Assembly: GCF_018350175.1 (NCBI RefSeq)
Contig: NC_058368.1
Location: 158,474,001-158,538,000, forward strand
From: Felis catus
Taxonomy: Eukaryota
DNA length: 64,000 nt
Direction of reading: 5' to 3'
Part shown: positions 21,100 through 33,173 of the stretch, piece after piece
How positions within the stretch are numbered: the first letter of the stretch is position 1
Layout of the letters: every line of letters begins with the position of its first letter
Position numbers and translations under genes: made by a program
Notes under the pieces: generated by a model
Database searches by the model: none
What the model was told of the DNA's origin: nothing
Seen by the model: the letters and a program-made list of their open reading frames with translations, nothing else

Positions 21100-23150
21100 A
21101 TTCCGTGCGGGTTAAACGGCACCCCAGGCGTCCCTGTTTGCCCAGGCTGTTTGCGCTCGTCGGCGGCTTGTTTGCACCCGACGTCCTGCTTTTGACAGCC
21201 ACGGAGGAGTGTGTGACAGTTGGCAGGCGCAGGGAGGCACTGCCGGAGCCAAGTCGCTGCAGGGGCCAGGGCTGCGGGAGTGGAGTAGGGGAAGGAGGCT
21301 GTGGCTGCGCGCTGGGAGGGCCGAGGCTTTCGCTGCGAGCGTGGCGGCGATGCCATTTCGAACAAGGGATAAGGAGGCGGGTCCCCACGAACTCGGGGCT
21401 CACTGGGCCCCTGGTTCTTCCATTCCGAAGGTTCGTCGGGTATGCCTGGATTTGACATTGAAAACAATGCTGTCTCGGGATTGGAGGCAATGGCGCGAGT
21501 AGGAGAGGCGGGACAGGCTAAGAGAGTTTCCGTTTCTCCAACCTTGCTCCGCCAGGCCTGTCCGCGGGCCCCAGCAGCTGCACCCAAGGGAGCCGCAGGT
21601 GTTGATTCAAAGCTAGGCTCCGGCAGGCCTTCTGCTCACAAACTGCGGCGCCCGCAGCCCGGGGGAATCCAGAGCCAGGTTTTGTGATCTGCCTGCATGT
21701 AGAGGCCGCGCCCGGAACCTGTGGCCTGAGGACTTGAACCCGGGCATTTCGGACCCTGCGGGGGGTCCTCGCCCTTGCTTCAGTTTGCCGGCCAACGACC
21801 GCAGGGGACCACTCTGTTGAGGGCATGACCCACAGCCCCTACTCCCTCGGGCCTTGGCGAAGTGAGCAATCTGGAACCAGTCTCCCCAGGGAAACCGAAG
21901 CTTCGCATTCCGGGGAGCGACCTGCGCCCGCAGGCGCGAGCTCTGCCTTCAGATCGCTGTCTCAGTGGCATCTCTCAGCAAGGCCTCTTTTCACCACGCC
22001 GTCTTAATTAGTTCTCCACTCACTCTCCATCACATCACCCTTTAATGCTCAGCGGGACAAATCTTTCAGTCTTGTGTGCCTTCTGTGTCTGTTTATTGTC
22101 TGTCTGTGCAATGTCCACTACGAGGGGCAATGGTCGTTGTTTTTTGGGCGCAGTGTCCGGCTCCGGCGCCTAAGACTTCGCCGGGCCGGCACACAGTAGA
22201 CCGTCACATTTGCTAAATGACTGACTACTGTCCCCCAGCACTGAAGAGCTCGAGCAGCCCCACTTCCTGGAGAGGCGGGGCCTCATCGGGCCCCGCCCAC
22301 GAGGCTGCCCCCAGCTCTAACCTGCTCCTCCCCTTCCTCTCTTGAGCGGTGGCCTCGGGCGGTGCGGTGTTTTTCCCTCTGGCCTCCCTCGCTATTTCTG
22401 CAGCTGTTGCAAAACCCGGAGCAGCGGAACCTCAGAGCGGCGGAGCGGCGCCGCCCCTCGCTGCACCTCCCCGACAGCCCTCCGCGGCCGCGCTGGGCAT
22501 GCTCAGTCGACAGGGCCGCTTCAGTTCTTGGAGTAGGAAGCTTGGGCGCTTAGGCTGTAAGGAGCCGCGGCGGGGGGAAAATGGATCCCTTTACTAACGG
22601 TGAGTAGGCAGCCAGAGGCGTCGGGGCCGGGACTCTCTGGGGAGCAGAGGGACATTGGCTGTCGTGACACGCGGGGTCGGTCGGGCTGCAGTCGCTCGCC
22701 ACCGTGGGCTTCTTCCCACGAGGGTTTAGGGGCGGTGGAAGCCGACTGGGGAAGGCAGCTAGAGGCTGAGGTGGGTGGGCGGGCGGGCAGAGGCCGGCGC
22801 GGGACTAGGGGCTGGCGTGAAGGTCAGTGCCATCGCCTGCCGAGGTTCAGGAGGCGTCGGGTGCCGCCAGACCCGCTGCGCGGCCAGGTGGGCGAACAGC
22901 AAAGTTTAGGTTGCTTTGCGCAGAGGAGGGGAAAGTTGGCCGCCAGGGTTTGCCCCTGGAGAAGACGGGTGTCGGCCTCGGCTCTTTGGCAGGAAGGGTT
23001 AAGCCTCGGTCACTGCCAAACCAAACTTCTGTGGTGCAAGGAGAGAGGTCTCCCCTGTCCTTCCTCGAGTTGCCGGCGTGACTTTTCCTAATGGGGCGGG
23101 GTGGGGGGTGGGGGGCTTTGCAGGTTAATTTAGTGGAAGGAAGGGAAACT
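21100..23150. promoter_or_regulatory. LNPEP: CpG island / LNPEP promoter (bipartite)
   Basis: Abrupt GC- and CpG-rich block in AT-rich DNA that spans exon 1; ETS site CACTTCCTG 22261-22269, GC boxes AGGCGGGGCC 22273-22282 and GCCCCGCCC 22290-22298. Confidence 0.9.
22581..22599 (+). CDS. LNPEP: LNPEP coding exon 1 (MDPFTN + first base of D7)
   Basis: gaaaATGG strong Kozak; ATG GAT CCC TTT ACT AAC G then gtgagt donor; matches human MEPFTND; phase joins exon 2. Confidence 0.93.
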
Positions 23151-26100
23151 TGCGGAAAGGCTTGCATAGTCCTGTTCTGTGCCCAATAGGTGCCCGCCCG
23201 CATTGGCACCCTCCCCTCTGTTGCTGAGGCACTCCGCAGGGCTTTCAAGCTTCCCTTCACGGGTTTCTGATAATACCAGTGTTTCAGTCTAAGGCTCATG
23301 AAATATCAGGGGTCCGTCATGGTGATATCACAATGTGACTTGAGGGGAGAGTCAAAGCAGGAGCCTGCAGGATGCCCTGCAAACAGCCACAGCTCTGTAC
23401 TGAATGGACAGAATAAATCCCACCCTAGTTAAAACCGATGGCTTTTGTTTGGACCAGAAGTGCCAGAGTCACAATATAGGGGTGAGATGCGTTACCATTT
23501 TGTGGCGTTGAGTATATGGATTCCCTTTTGGGGCAGAGAGTAGGAATACTGCCAGTAAGGGAGAATTCACAGCGAAACTAGAGGATTTAGTCCCTAGTTG
23601 ACATGTGTTTTCTTGCGGTTGGTTGGTTACTTCAGGTAGACAGTTTGTCGCATTAATAGAAGCCAACATCTACTCCTGTTTAGGTGGGTCACTTGCCACT
23701 CAAGAGACAGAGACATTGTCCACTATATCCCAAACCCTAGCCAGACTTTGTCGTATGCTGTGCTTCATTCATGGGACTGCGAATTACTCGAATTACTCCT
23801 TCTTTTCTCCTTGTCCTTAATTCAGAATGCTTTATTCTACTGCCATCTTCCTGTCTGTACTAATTAGGCTTAAAGATGACAACTTTATTTCTGAATTTTT
23901 TTTTTTCTCGTTCAGGTTCTATTTGTTATTACTATTGCTCTAAAAATAGTCGGGTAAAGTTACCAAGAATTAAGGAAAATTTGAGCTAAAAGTAAACTTT
24001 GAGACCATCTAGTATTTTAGTGTAAAATATGTTTGATACAAATCATTAAATCCTTTCAAATGACTATTCCAAGGCTTTTTCTTTGTCCTGGTTAGAATAC
24101 TTGGAGCTTTCATGTTTGTAGGATTTTAAATGTGAACTTTCACTTAAAAAAATTCCCCACAACAAGGCTGAGTCACCCATTTGGTTAAGATTATTGCTAG
24201 CTGATGTGGTGGACCTGTGCCTCCAGAATTAAAGTACATTCTCAAGTGTTTGAACTAGGGCCTTTTCTCCGCTTAAAACATGTTCCTCTAGATGTGAATA
24301 CTTGCCAATTGTCACATTTGAGAGGTGAATGGAAAGTCCCAGAGAGAAGAACAAAAAGGAAGCAGTGCTTTAACTTTTATGTAGGAAATTGGATTTTTAA
24401 TCCTTTTCCTATCAGTCTTCCAGATTTCCAGAATCTGTTGGAGACAGTTTGACAGTGCATCATTTTAATATGTTAATCACTCCTTGGAAGCTTATCTAGT
24501 GTCCTTTACAAAGAAATAGAAACTACAATATCTAAAGTAAAAAAAAAAAAAAAAATTAGCTCCTAGCAATTTAAAGTGCTTTTCAGGTTTAAGCACTGGA
24601 CTGGTTATTTATTTCAGAACTTTTGAAGGATAGCTGTACAATTTTCTAGTGTCTTTAAACAGGACTTGGTATAGTGGAAAGTATGTTTATCTTTGTACTT
24701 AATCCTGTTGAGTACAAAGGATAGGTACATCTAATTCTTCTCCCCTAGGTCTGGGTGTCTTGGTGTAGAGTATTTCATTATCCTTTGAATTTATAATCAC
24801 AGGATTTACTGAGCTTGATATTGGCTTTTATTGCACATTCATCCTCTTTTAATAAAATCTTCACCACTTTTTGATATATCCCTACATATATAGAGAGGTG
24901 CGAGAGCTTAACAAAACCATTTTCAGCAGTTCAGAACCACATAGCTTCCAATTAAAATCTTGTCAATGGTTTCACCCTCTGACCTAGAAATTTGTAAAGG
25001 AGGCACATTTAGTTTGTTTTGTCATTTTGACTGTCCGTACGCATCGATTCCAATACGACTTTCTCTGCTTTCCCAGTTTTCTGTCAAAACTTGCTGTGTG
25101 TGTGGCTCATTTTTCTTGGGCACTGCTCTCTGCCTGCTGATAATGGGTTCATTTGATGAGTATCCTATGTTAACCTGTCCAGCTAACATACTGCTGTAAT
25201 CTATTTAATATGCTTACCTACAGAAAGGGCTTATAAGAAGGAATCCTAGTGCCATTAGGCTCAGGAGATATTTTTGATCTTGCCCTCGGAAGGGACTGCT
25301 GACAATTACATTGAAGACTGGATATCCAGTTTGGTTTTGGATTTTTGGTGACTTTTTATGGGGAGAAAGATGCACTGGACCAGTACTAAAGATTATTTGG
25401 CAGTAGCTATTATGTCCTGTTAGGCAGTTAGAGGTGAAACTCTTAAGAAGTAGTAATTTATTTATTACCAAAAACAAAACAAAAAATTGCTGGCAATTCT
25501 CTAGGTCTTTTGATAGATGTACTAGATTAGGGCAAGTGATTATTTGATGACTGTGTAGCTTTATTTCTCTTTATTTCTTTATCCTCATTTACATGTAGGA
25601 TTTGGGTATTTCAGAATAATTTAAATTCATGTTAAGGAATGTAAATGCCAAGGCTCACTCTTAGAATATGATTAAGGAGGTCTGAGGTTGGGCCTAGAAA
25701 TGTACAACTTAATTTTGAGGATACTAGAAGTATTCACCAGAAGGGAGCTTTTGAGAACTTTATTAGGTAGGCAAATTCAGGATTTAGATGTGTACTGATC
25801 GAAAAGGACACATATGTATATGTTTTTGTGTATATGTATTTATATATTTTTCTCCTTTGCTTTCTAGTTTGTGGTATCTAGACGATGGAGAAGCATTGAT
25901 ATTTTGAAGTCCCAGAACTGAAAACATAAGTTAAACAGTTTGTCTTTTTTTCTTATGAACAAAGCCCCAAGGAATCAACCTGGTATATGTTGTATACTAC
26001 AACCTGGTATATGATCAAACAAGGGGGATTTACCTGTCTTAGAAACTGGTTTTGTTTTTGTTTTTAGATTGGCATCCAATCAAAAATATTACCCAACTTC

Positions 26101-26164
26101 CAAAATGAGAAGTTGGACAACAAATTAGATATTCATAGGTTGTAGTATAAAATTGTGATTTCAT

Positions 26165-26404
26165 CTTTTTTTAAAATGTTTATTTTTGAGAGAGAGCGTG
26201 AATGGGGAGGGGCAGAGAGGGCGGGGGGTGGGGGTGGGGGGGTGGGGGACAGAGGATCTGAAGCGGGTTCCATGCTAACATCAGAGAGCTCAATGAGGGG
26301 CTCGAACCCATGAACCATGAGATCATGACCTGAGCCAAAGGAAGTTGAATCATGACCTGAGCCAAAGTTGGCCGCTTAAAGGACTGAACCACCCAGGCAC
26401 CCCC
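26165..26404 (-). mobile_element. Can-SINE with internal duplication and G-rich expansion
   Basis: Reverse SINE; atcatgacctgagccaaag present twice. Confidence 0.92.
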
Positions 26405-26494
26405 ATCTTTTTATCTTACAAATAACACTTGTCCTATAGTTATGCATTTCTTTAAAAAAAATTAGCATCATCTGTCAAAAATAAGAGCTTACCA

Positions 26495-26542
26495 TATGTA
26501 TGTGTATATATATATATATGTGTATATATATATATGTATATA

Positions 26543-26578
<36 letters not shown>
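26495..26578. repeat. (TA)n/(TG) compound microsatellite
   Basis: Interrupted TA run. Confidence 0.95.
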
Positions 26579-26671
26579 CTATTTCTTTTGTGATAAATAA
26601 CCATGTTGAAAGAAAATCCTTAAAAAATGGAAGATCATAGTTTATGTGATTGAAGTTAAAATATGTTTTTA

Positions 26672-26886
26672 GTTTTTTTTTTTCAACATTTATTTATTTT
26701 TGGGACAGAGAGAGACAGAGCATGAACGGGGGAGGGGCAGAGAGAGAGGGAGACACAGAATCGGAAACAGGCTCCAGGCTCTGAGCCATCAGCCCAGAGC
26801 CCGACGCGGGGTTCGAACTCATGGACCGCGAGATCGTGACCTGGCTGAAGTCGGATGCTTAACCGACTGCGCCACCCAGGCGCCCC
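26672..26886 (-). mobile_element. Young feline Can-SINE (SINEC_Fc-like)
   Basis: CpG-rich, near-consensus; perfect 20-bp TSD gaagttaaaatatgttttta. Confidence 0.96.
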
Positions 26887-27796
26887 GAAGTTAAAATATG
26901 TTTTTATCCTCTGTCTTGAATGTTCTGTTTCATTTAAGTGAAATAGGACTGTATAGGAATCAAGTATTAACATGATTTAATATTCTAGGGTTGAGGCTGT
27001 AACTAGAAACTATCCAGTTTTTAAGGAAAACAGGGGGATGGGGGCATGTCCTTTGCTTTGTAACAATTTCCAAAAAAGGAGTGTCTTGAGACAAACAGCA
27101 TATTTTAGGAGCAATTAAAATAAGCTTATCTACAGATGATCCTTGAGAATTGAAAGATATATAACTAGAGAGATTGGTTATAAGGGAATTACCATATAGA
27201 AAATAAGCCAGGGGTGATTTCCTCTTCAGGAGTTCATTCAAACACTGTTTTTTGAACGCCCACTTACAAGTAGATTTTCTGCTGGGCACAGTTGCAAGAA
27301 ACCCACAAACCTGTTATCAGGTAATGCTGACCTCAATGAGAGAAATGAAATGGAAGAATCTAGTTTTGCTTTCATGCTAATATAAAACTAAGAAATCTAG
27401 AAGAAAAAAAACAAAAACAATAAAACGTTAAGATAGTTTTCTAACTATGAAATAAATATACAGAATTGTATTAAAACCTGTTCATATAACATTTGCCACC
27501 AATAAGTTCACATTTCTAATGATGCGGTATAATATTCCTGTTAAGGAATGAAACATTTTCAACCCTGTCTGTGAAAGCGTTAGGAAATTGAGATATGAAG
27601 GAATTTATCCAAGGTTACCCTTGAAGTTGTGATGGAGCTACATTGGGCCCATGGCTTTTGGCAGTAGAGATGAGGACAGTGTAGCCATGTTCTGTCAGGT
27701 AGTTACCTCACGTCTTGAAAACTGTAGGAAGTCGGAGCTGGAGCTAATAATAGCAGTAGATCTTTCCATAATATTATTGGAGCAACCAGAGAATGT

Positions 27797-27886
27797 CTTT
27801 TTTCTTTTCTTTTCTTTTCTTTTCTTTTCTTTTCTTTTCTTTTCTTTTCTTTTCTTTTCTTTTCTTTTCTTTTCTTTTCTTTTCTT
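27797..27886. repeat. (TTTTC)n pentanucleotide microsatellite
   Basis: Long perfect run. Confidence 0.97.
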
Positions 27887-28604
27887 TAATTTGAGTCTCT
27901 AGCTATATATCTTTTCCGAGCGTTCACAGGAAACCAGGAATGAGAATGGAGGGAAATTTGGGAGCCTTTGTGGTGGTTCAGCTCCTTGTATATCTGGTGG
28001 CCTTTGTAAAAAAAGCTGCTCATTGCCCTGGTGTTTCTGTGCAGTAAATATGACAGAAACAAAATAGTTCTTGTTCCTGAATCTATGGAAGGATGGCAGG
28101 ATTCCCTTGCAGCCTTATTTGTTGTTGTAATCCTTTTGTGATTGTCCTGGTAGCACCTGTAGGACTTTGAAACCAAAGATATTTCGGGAAAATTGAGACT
28201 TAAGAGAATTAGTGATGAAGATGAGAGAAATGTAGAGATTTAAGGTAAAGGGGGAAACTGATAAGGCAGAGATTTCCAAAATGGTCATACCTTGAGTCTT
28301 GCAAATCTTTGAGAAGTTAGTTTAGTTTGGGGAGCAGGACACTGATGTATGAGGTCAAAAGATGGAGGAGTTGGGTTTGGAAGGGGCAAGTAGACAAAAG
28401 GACTGATTAGACAAAAGAAATTGAGGAGTAAGGGGATGAGTGAGTTAAGAATGGCATTTGGAAACCTTAGAAGGACATAGAAAACATTTGACACAAGTTT
28501 AATCATGCTACATACTTCTCTCTATCATAGTCAGGAAATGCATAGTCACTTGTGAGTTAAGACTATTCTCTTTACCAAATGTGAAGAATATAGAGCCATT
28601 GACT

Positions 28605-28791
28605 TTTTTTTTTAAGTTTATTTATTTATTTTGAGAGAAAGAGAGAGACGGGCAGGAGAGAGAATCCCAAGCAGGCTCCACACTATCAGCATGGAGCCTG
28701 AGGTGGGGCTCAGTCTCATGAACGGTGAGATCATGACCTCAGCTGAAATCAAGAGTCAGATGTTTAACCTACTGAGCCACCCACGTGCCCC
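28605..28791 (-). mobile_element. Can-SINE
   Basis: TSD tagagccattgact. Confidence 0.93.
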
Positions 28792-28904
28792 TAGAGCCAT
28801 TGACTCTGTAGGACTATCACGATAGTAGTCACTGTTTTTTATTACCTGTTTTTGCTCCACTTTTGTACTGATGCTTATGAGTGAACAATGAACCAATTTA
28901 TACT

Positions 28905-29125
28905 TTTAAATTTTTTTTTTAATATTTTTATTTACTTTTGAGAGAGAGAGAGACAGAGCATGAGCAGGGGAGGGGCAGAGAGAGACGGAGATCTAGAATC
29001 CGAAGCAGGCTCCAGGCTCTGAGCTGTCAGCACAGAGCCCGATGCAGGGCTTGAATTCACAGACTGTGAGATCATGACCTGAGCTGAAGTCAGATGCTTA
29101 ACCAACTGAGCCACCCAGGTGCCCC
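28905..29125 (-). mobile_element. Can-SINE nested in the tail of the next SINE
   Basis: Inner TSD tactttt. Confidence 0.92.
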
Positions 29126-29127
29126 TA

Positions 29128-29326
29128 CTTTTTTTTAAGTCTTTTTTAATATTTATTTATTTTTGAGAGAACGTGAGTGCTAGTGGGGGAGGGGCAGAGA
29201 GGGAGACAGAGAATCTGAACTGAGCTGTCAGCACAGGGCTGGATCCGGGGCACAAACCCATAAACTGTAAGATCATGACCTGAGCCGAAGTCAGATGCTT
29301 AACCCACTGAGCCGCCCAGGTGCCCT
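29128..29326 (-). mobile_element. Can-SINE
   Basis: Outer TSD atgaaccaatttat (28888-28901, 29327-29340). Confidence 0.92.
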
Positions 29327-31866
29327 ATGAACCAATTTATTTTTTAAAAATTTCAACCCTTGCATCTAAACTTGGAGGAAACCAGTTCATTGACCAAATA
29401 AAGAAAATTCAGGCTTCTAAGGGAGTTTGAAAAAACAATGGAGAAGTAAGTTCAATTGTACAAGGCTCTTTGAAGTCTTTTCCTTTAGTGTGTATTATTG
29501 CTTAATGAAGGTCTCCTGGGCATTCCTTCCACATATTTCAAGAATGCAGTCACCAAAACAAAATTTAAGCCAGTTGTCTGGACTTTTGTGGATTGGGGAT
29601 TGGACAGACCAGAGTTTTCTCTAGCCCCCTGGTGCTGTCAGGGAGGCCAAACCAGTGATCTGGGATGAAGGGAGTTAAAGGCTTCCTTATGCTTCTCTGG
29701 GGAGAATTTCATAAACTGGGCTAAAGGAGAATGACAACTACAGTGAGAGAATGGGTATCTTTGTGGGTTGGGTGTGCTCCTTTCCTTCCTAGATCTTGCA
29801 GCAAATAATGGCCAGGGCTCTGTGATAGTGTTTCGTAAACAACTGTCTTAGGCATTCACTGTCCTAGACCAACTTTCAGGTGGGCAGGGAAGCTTTGGGG
29901 TTATGGTATTTCTCACAGCTGAAACTTATTTCCTAAGATTTAAAATAGCTGTTAGAACAGTCATCATCTCAACAGCATTGCACCACTCCAGGGTTTTCTT
30001 CAGAGGAAAAATGCATGGTGATTAGTGGGAGTGATTGAAGAGAGCTAACTGTTTTAAAGATCTTTCTTTAACTTGGTATTGGTAGTGGGATTCGAAGGCA
30101 AAAGTGGTTTGATCCTTGTCTGGTTTCTTCTTGTTCCATAATTGTCAGAATGCCCTCAGTGATTTATAGGGGCTGCTGTGGACCTTAGAGCCTGGTGGAA
30201 GGAATGAGTATGTCCAAGATTTATCAAAATAATGTCCATGAGCTTGGGCTGCTTCCTTGTTATACTTATTAGCAGTATTTTCTCTGCCCTTTAAACTAAG
30301 TGCTAAATACCTAAGCCCTTTGGGCCACTGACATTGTCCTTTCATATCTAGATTGGCTGGCTAGATTAAGAAAACTCAGCGTGGATGTAGTGAGTATTAG
30401 TAGGAATAAGAAATGCTTTGCTGTTTACAACAGCAGCCTCACATCCATCTTCCTTAGTACAGGTTACTGTGAGAAGCTTGTAAGTTTTCATTTGGAGGAA
30501 GCACACAGAAAAATACTTGAACATAGAAGGAGGGTCCAGTCTGACTTGGGGATTAGATGATAGTGTTTTGAAGTAGGTAGAAATAAGCACATGTTCACTA
30601 CAGTGTGGCCAACTTTGCTCTAGTGCAGTTCATTGCAGTTCGGTACATGGTTGTAGTTTAATTAACTGCCAATTCAGGAAACATTGTTGAGATAAAAACT
30701 TGAATTCACGCATAGAAGCTTTTCTTGGCAGATAATGAAATGACAGTGACTATTGGTGGACAAAAATGTAGTTATAATCCCAGACTTTTGGATAATCACC
30801 ACTATATTTTTCAATGGGTTAATGATAGTCAAATTAACCCTCAGCAAGTTGTAAATTGATGGCAAAGTTTTTACTATGAAGATTTAAGATTGTCATTTAC
30901 CTTGAATTTTATCAGTCTGATGAGTCAGATGGAAAAGTATTTCAGAATTATCAGCGAAATAGTTCTTTTTCAAATCCCTCTGACATCAGGTCTAGCAAAT
31001 TTATTCACCAGTTGAGGTATTTTCTAGCTCAAAAGCATTCTGCATACACTGAAGAGTCCTCATAAATTTTCTTTGCAGATCTCATTTGGTGATAGGCATT
31101 CTCTTTAAATCACTCACAGGTATTTTTTATGCCTAATGCCATTTTTCATTTTATATAATGAATTATGATACGTTAAGATTCTTTTGGAACTATATCCAAA
31201 TATTTGATGGAATTAAAAATAAACCTTTTAGCTTTAAATCTTTACAAAGTATTTGTAGTTATGTAGATTTACCTGAAAGATTGATGAGCATAAGTATTTA
31301 GGATGCATTGACAATTTCAATTACTTTTTATGGCTAAATCTTTCTCAGAGGTGCCCTGAGGATTGTCAAGGACTGTGGGACTTATAAGGAAATATTTTAA
31401 AAATTACTATATGTGATAAAGATTATAAATTTGATTGGAGGACAAGTTCAATATAAATGTAAACATTATGGTAAATAATTTAGCCTAGAAAAGAAAATTG
31501 AAAACTAAGCTACAATAATTTTAATTTTTCCCCATAAGAATATTAGCTAACTTTTAAGTGAATAAAATGGCATGTCTTTTTGTGAATTCTGATCCTTATG
31601 ACAATACTCTGTACTGTTTGTCTGTATTCTTTAGTCCATGGGATATCTTGTTGCACTTGTTAAATTGATGTGTTTTAGGTGCCCCCTGGCCAGAATTTTA
31701 AGTAGAGTATTTCCTCTGTGGAATTGACAGTGTTTTTGAATGGTGGTTGTTCAGTAGAATTAAATGGTTATTGCTAGGACTTTGTACATTATTGTAAATT
31801 TTATATTTTCTTGGTTCTTTATTCCATTATAACTAACAACTAGAGAAAATAAATACAGAAATGAAT

Positions 31867-31897
31867 ACACACACACGCACACACACACACACACACA
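31867..31897. repeat. (CA)n microsatellite
   Basis: CA run with one interruption. Confidence 0.92.
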
Positions 31898-32370
31898 GAA
31901 TTTATTGTAGAAAAATTGTTTTAGATGAATGCTTTGTCTTAAGTCTATTTTATAGAAACCAGGTAATACCGGGATTCAAATGTATTTTTGTTGTTCTTTA
32001 TTTACTTTTTTCATTTTGAATTTCTTCCTTTTTACATCTTGCTAATGCTTTTCTTCATTTCTTATTTTTATCAAGACTAAAAATATTACAAACCAAAATT
32101 AGTGTTCCATGTCTCCTTGGTCCGTTCTTCTTTTGGGGAATCAGCACTGGGGGTCAGAGAAGAAGCCCAGAGGGAATATTTTAATACAGATTCTTCTTGC
32201 ATACCATTTTAAACTGCATCAGTTAACAAGTATTTTTTAAATTTGTTTTTGACAGGTCCCTACTTATCTCTTCTTTTAAAAAATAATAGTTTTTAAAAGG
32301 ATACCTTTCTCAAATAAATATATTAAAATATACCTTCACTATGTGCTAACTTGTTCCAAGCTTTATTCTT

Positions 32371-32600
32371 TTTTTTTAATTTTTAATTTTTTTTTTTTAA
32401 CATTTATTCATTTTTGAGAGACAGAGAGAGAGAGTGCAAGTGGGGAAGGGGCAGATAGAGGGAGACACAGAATCCGAAGCAGGTTCCAGGTTCTGAGCTG
32501 TCAGCACAGAGCCCGACAAGGGGATCAAACCCATGAACCGCGAGAACATAACCTGAGCCGAAGTTGCATGCTTAACCGACTGAACCACCCAGGTGGCCCC
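32371..32600 (-). mobile_element. Can-SINE
   Basis: TSD aagctttattctt. Confidence 0.94.
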
Positions 32601-32958
32601 TAAGCTTTATTCTTAAAGCTGGAGTCAAGTAAGAGTGCAGTATTGTCTCTGTCTGCCCTTGGAAAGCTTACATACAGCACAATAAATTTTGAAAAAAGGT
32701 ATATGAACACACAATTTAGTATATTCTCTTTGAAAACGGTCAGGTTTGGAGGAGCACGGGTCCTATCCCACACTGCTTTCCTTAAATAGTTTTGGTTTTA
32801 TACTTTTATTTTTTCATTTGGAGATCTACCCATGAATCTACCTCCTTTTGTAAGACTACTATCGTGTAGCATAATAGTGCAAAGTAATTCATACTGCCGG
32901 CCTTCAAATTCTGGCTCCTTACTCACTGGCTCTGTGACTCTTATTTAAAGATAATATT

Positions 32959-33173
32959 GGTGTGCCTGGGTGGCTCAGTCGGTTAAGCGTCTGACTTTGG
33001 CTCAGGTCATGATCTCCCAGTTCATGGGTTCGAGCCCGGCGTCGGGCTCTTTGCCGACAATTCAGAGCCTGGAGCCTGTTTCAGTTTCTGTGTCTCCCTC
33101 TCTCTCTCTGCTCCTACCCTGCTCACACTCTGTCTCTGTCTCAAAATTAATAAACATTAAAAAATTAAAAAAA
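32959..33173 (+). mobile_element. Can-SINE
   Basis: TSD aaagataatat. Confidence 0.94.

Noticed and set aside
23093..23115. G-quadruplex motif early in intron 1
   Set aside because: Very common downstream of CpG-island first exons; not distinctive.
21083..23299. Overlapping 60-165 aa ORFs on both strands
   Set aside because: Expected in a stop-poor CpG island; no recognisable protein similarity. Only the 19-nt LNPEP exon 1 is supported.
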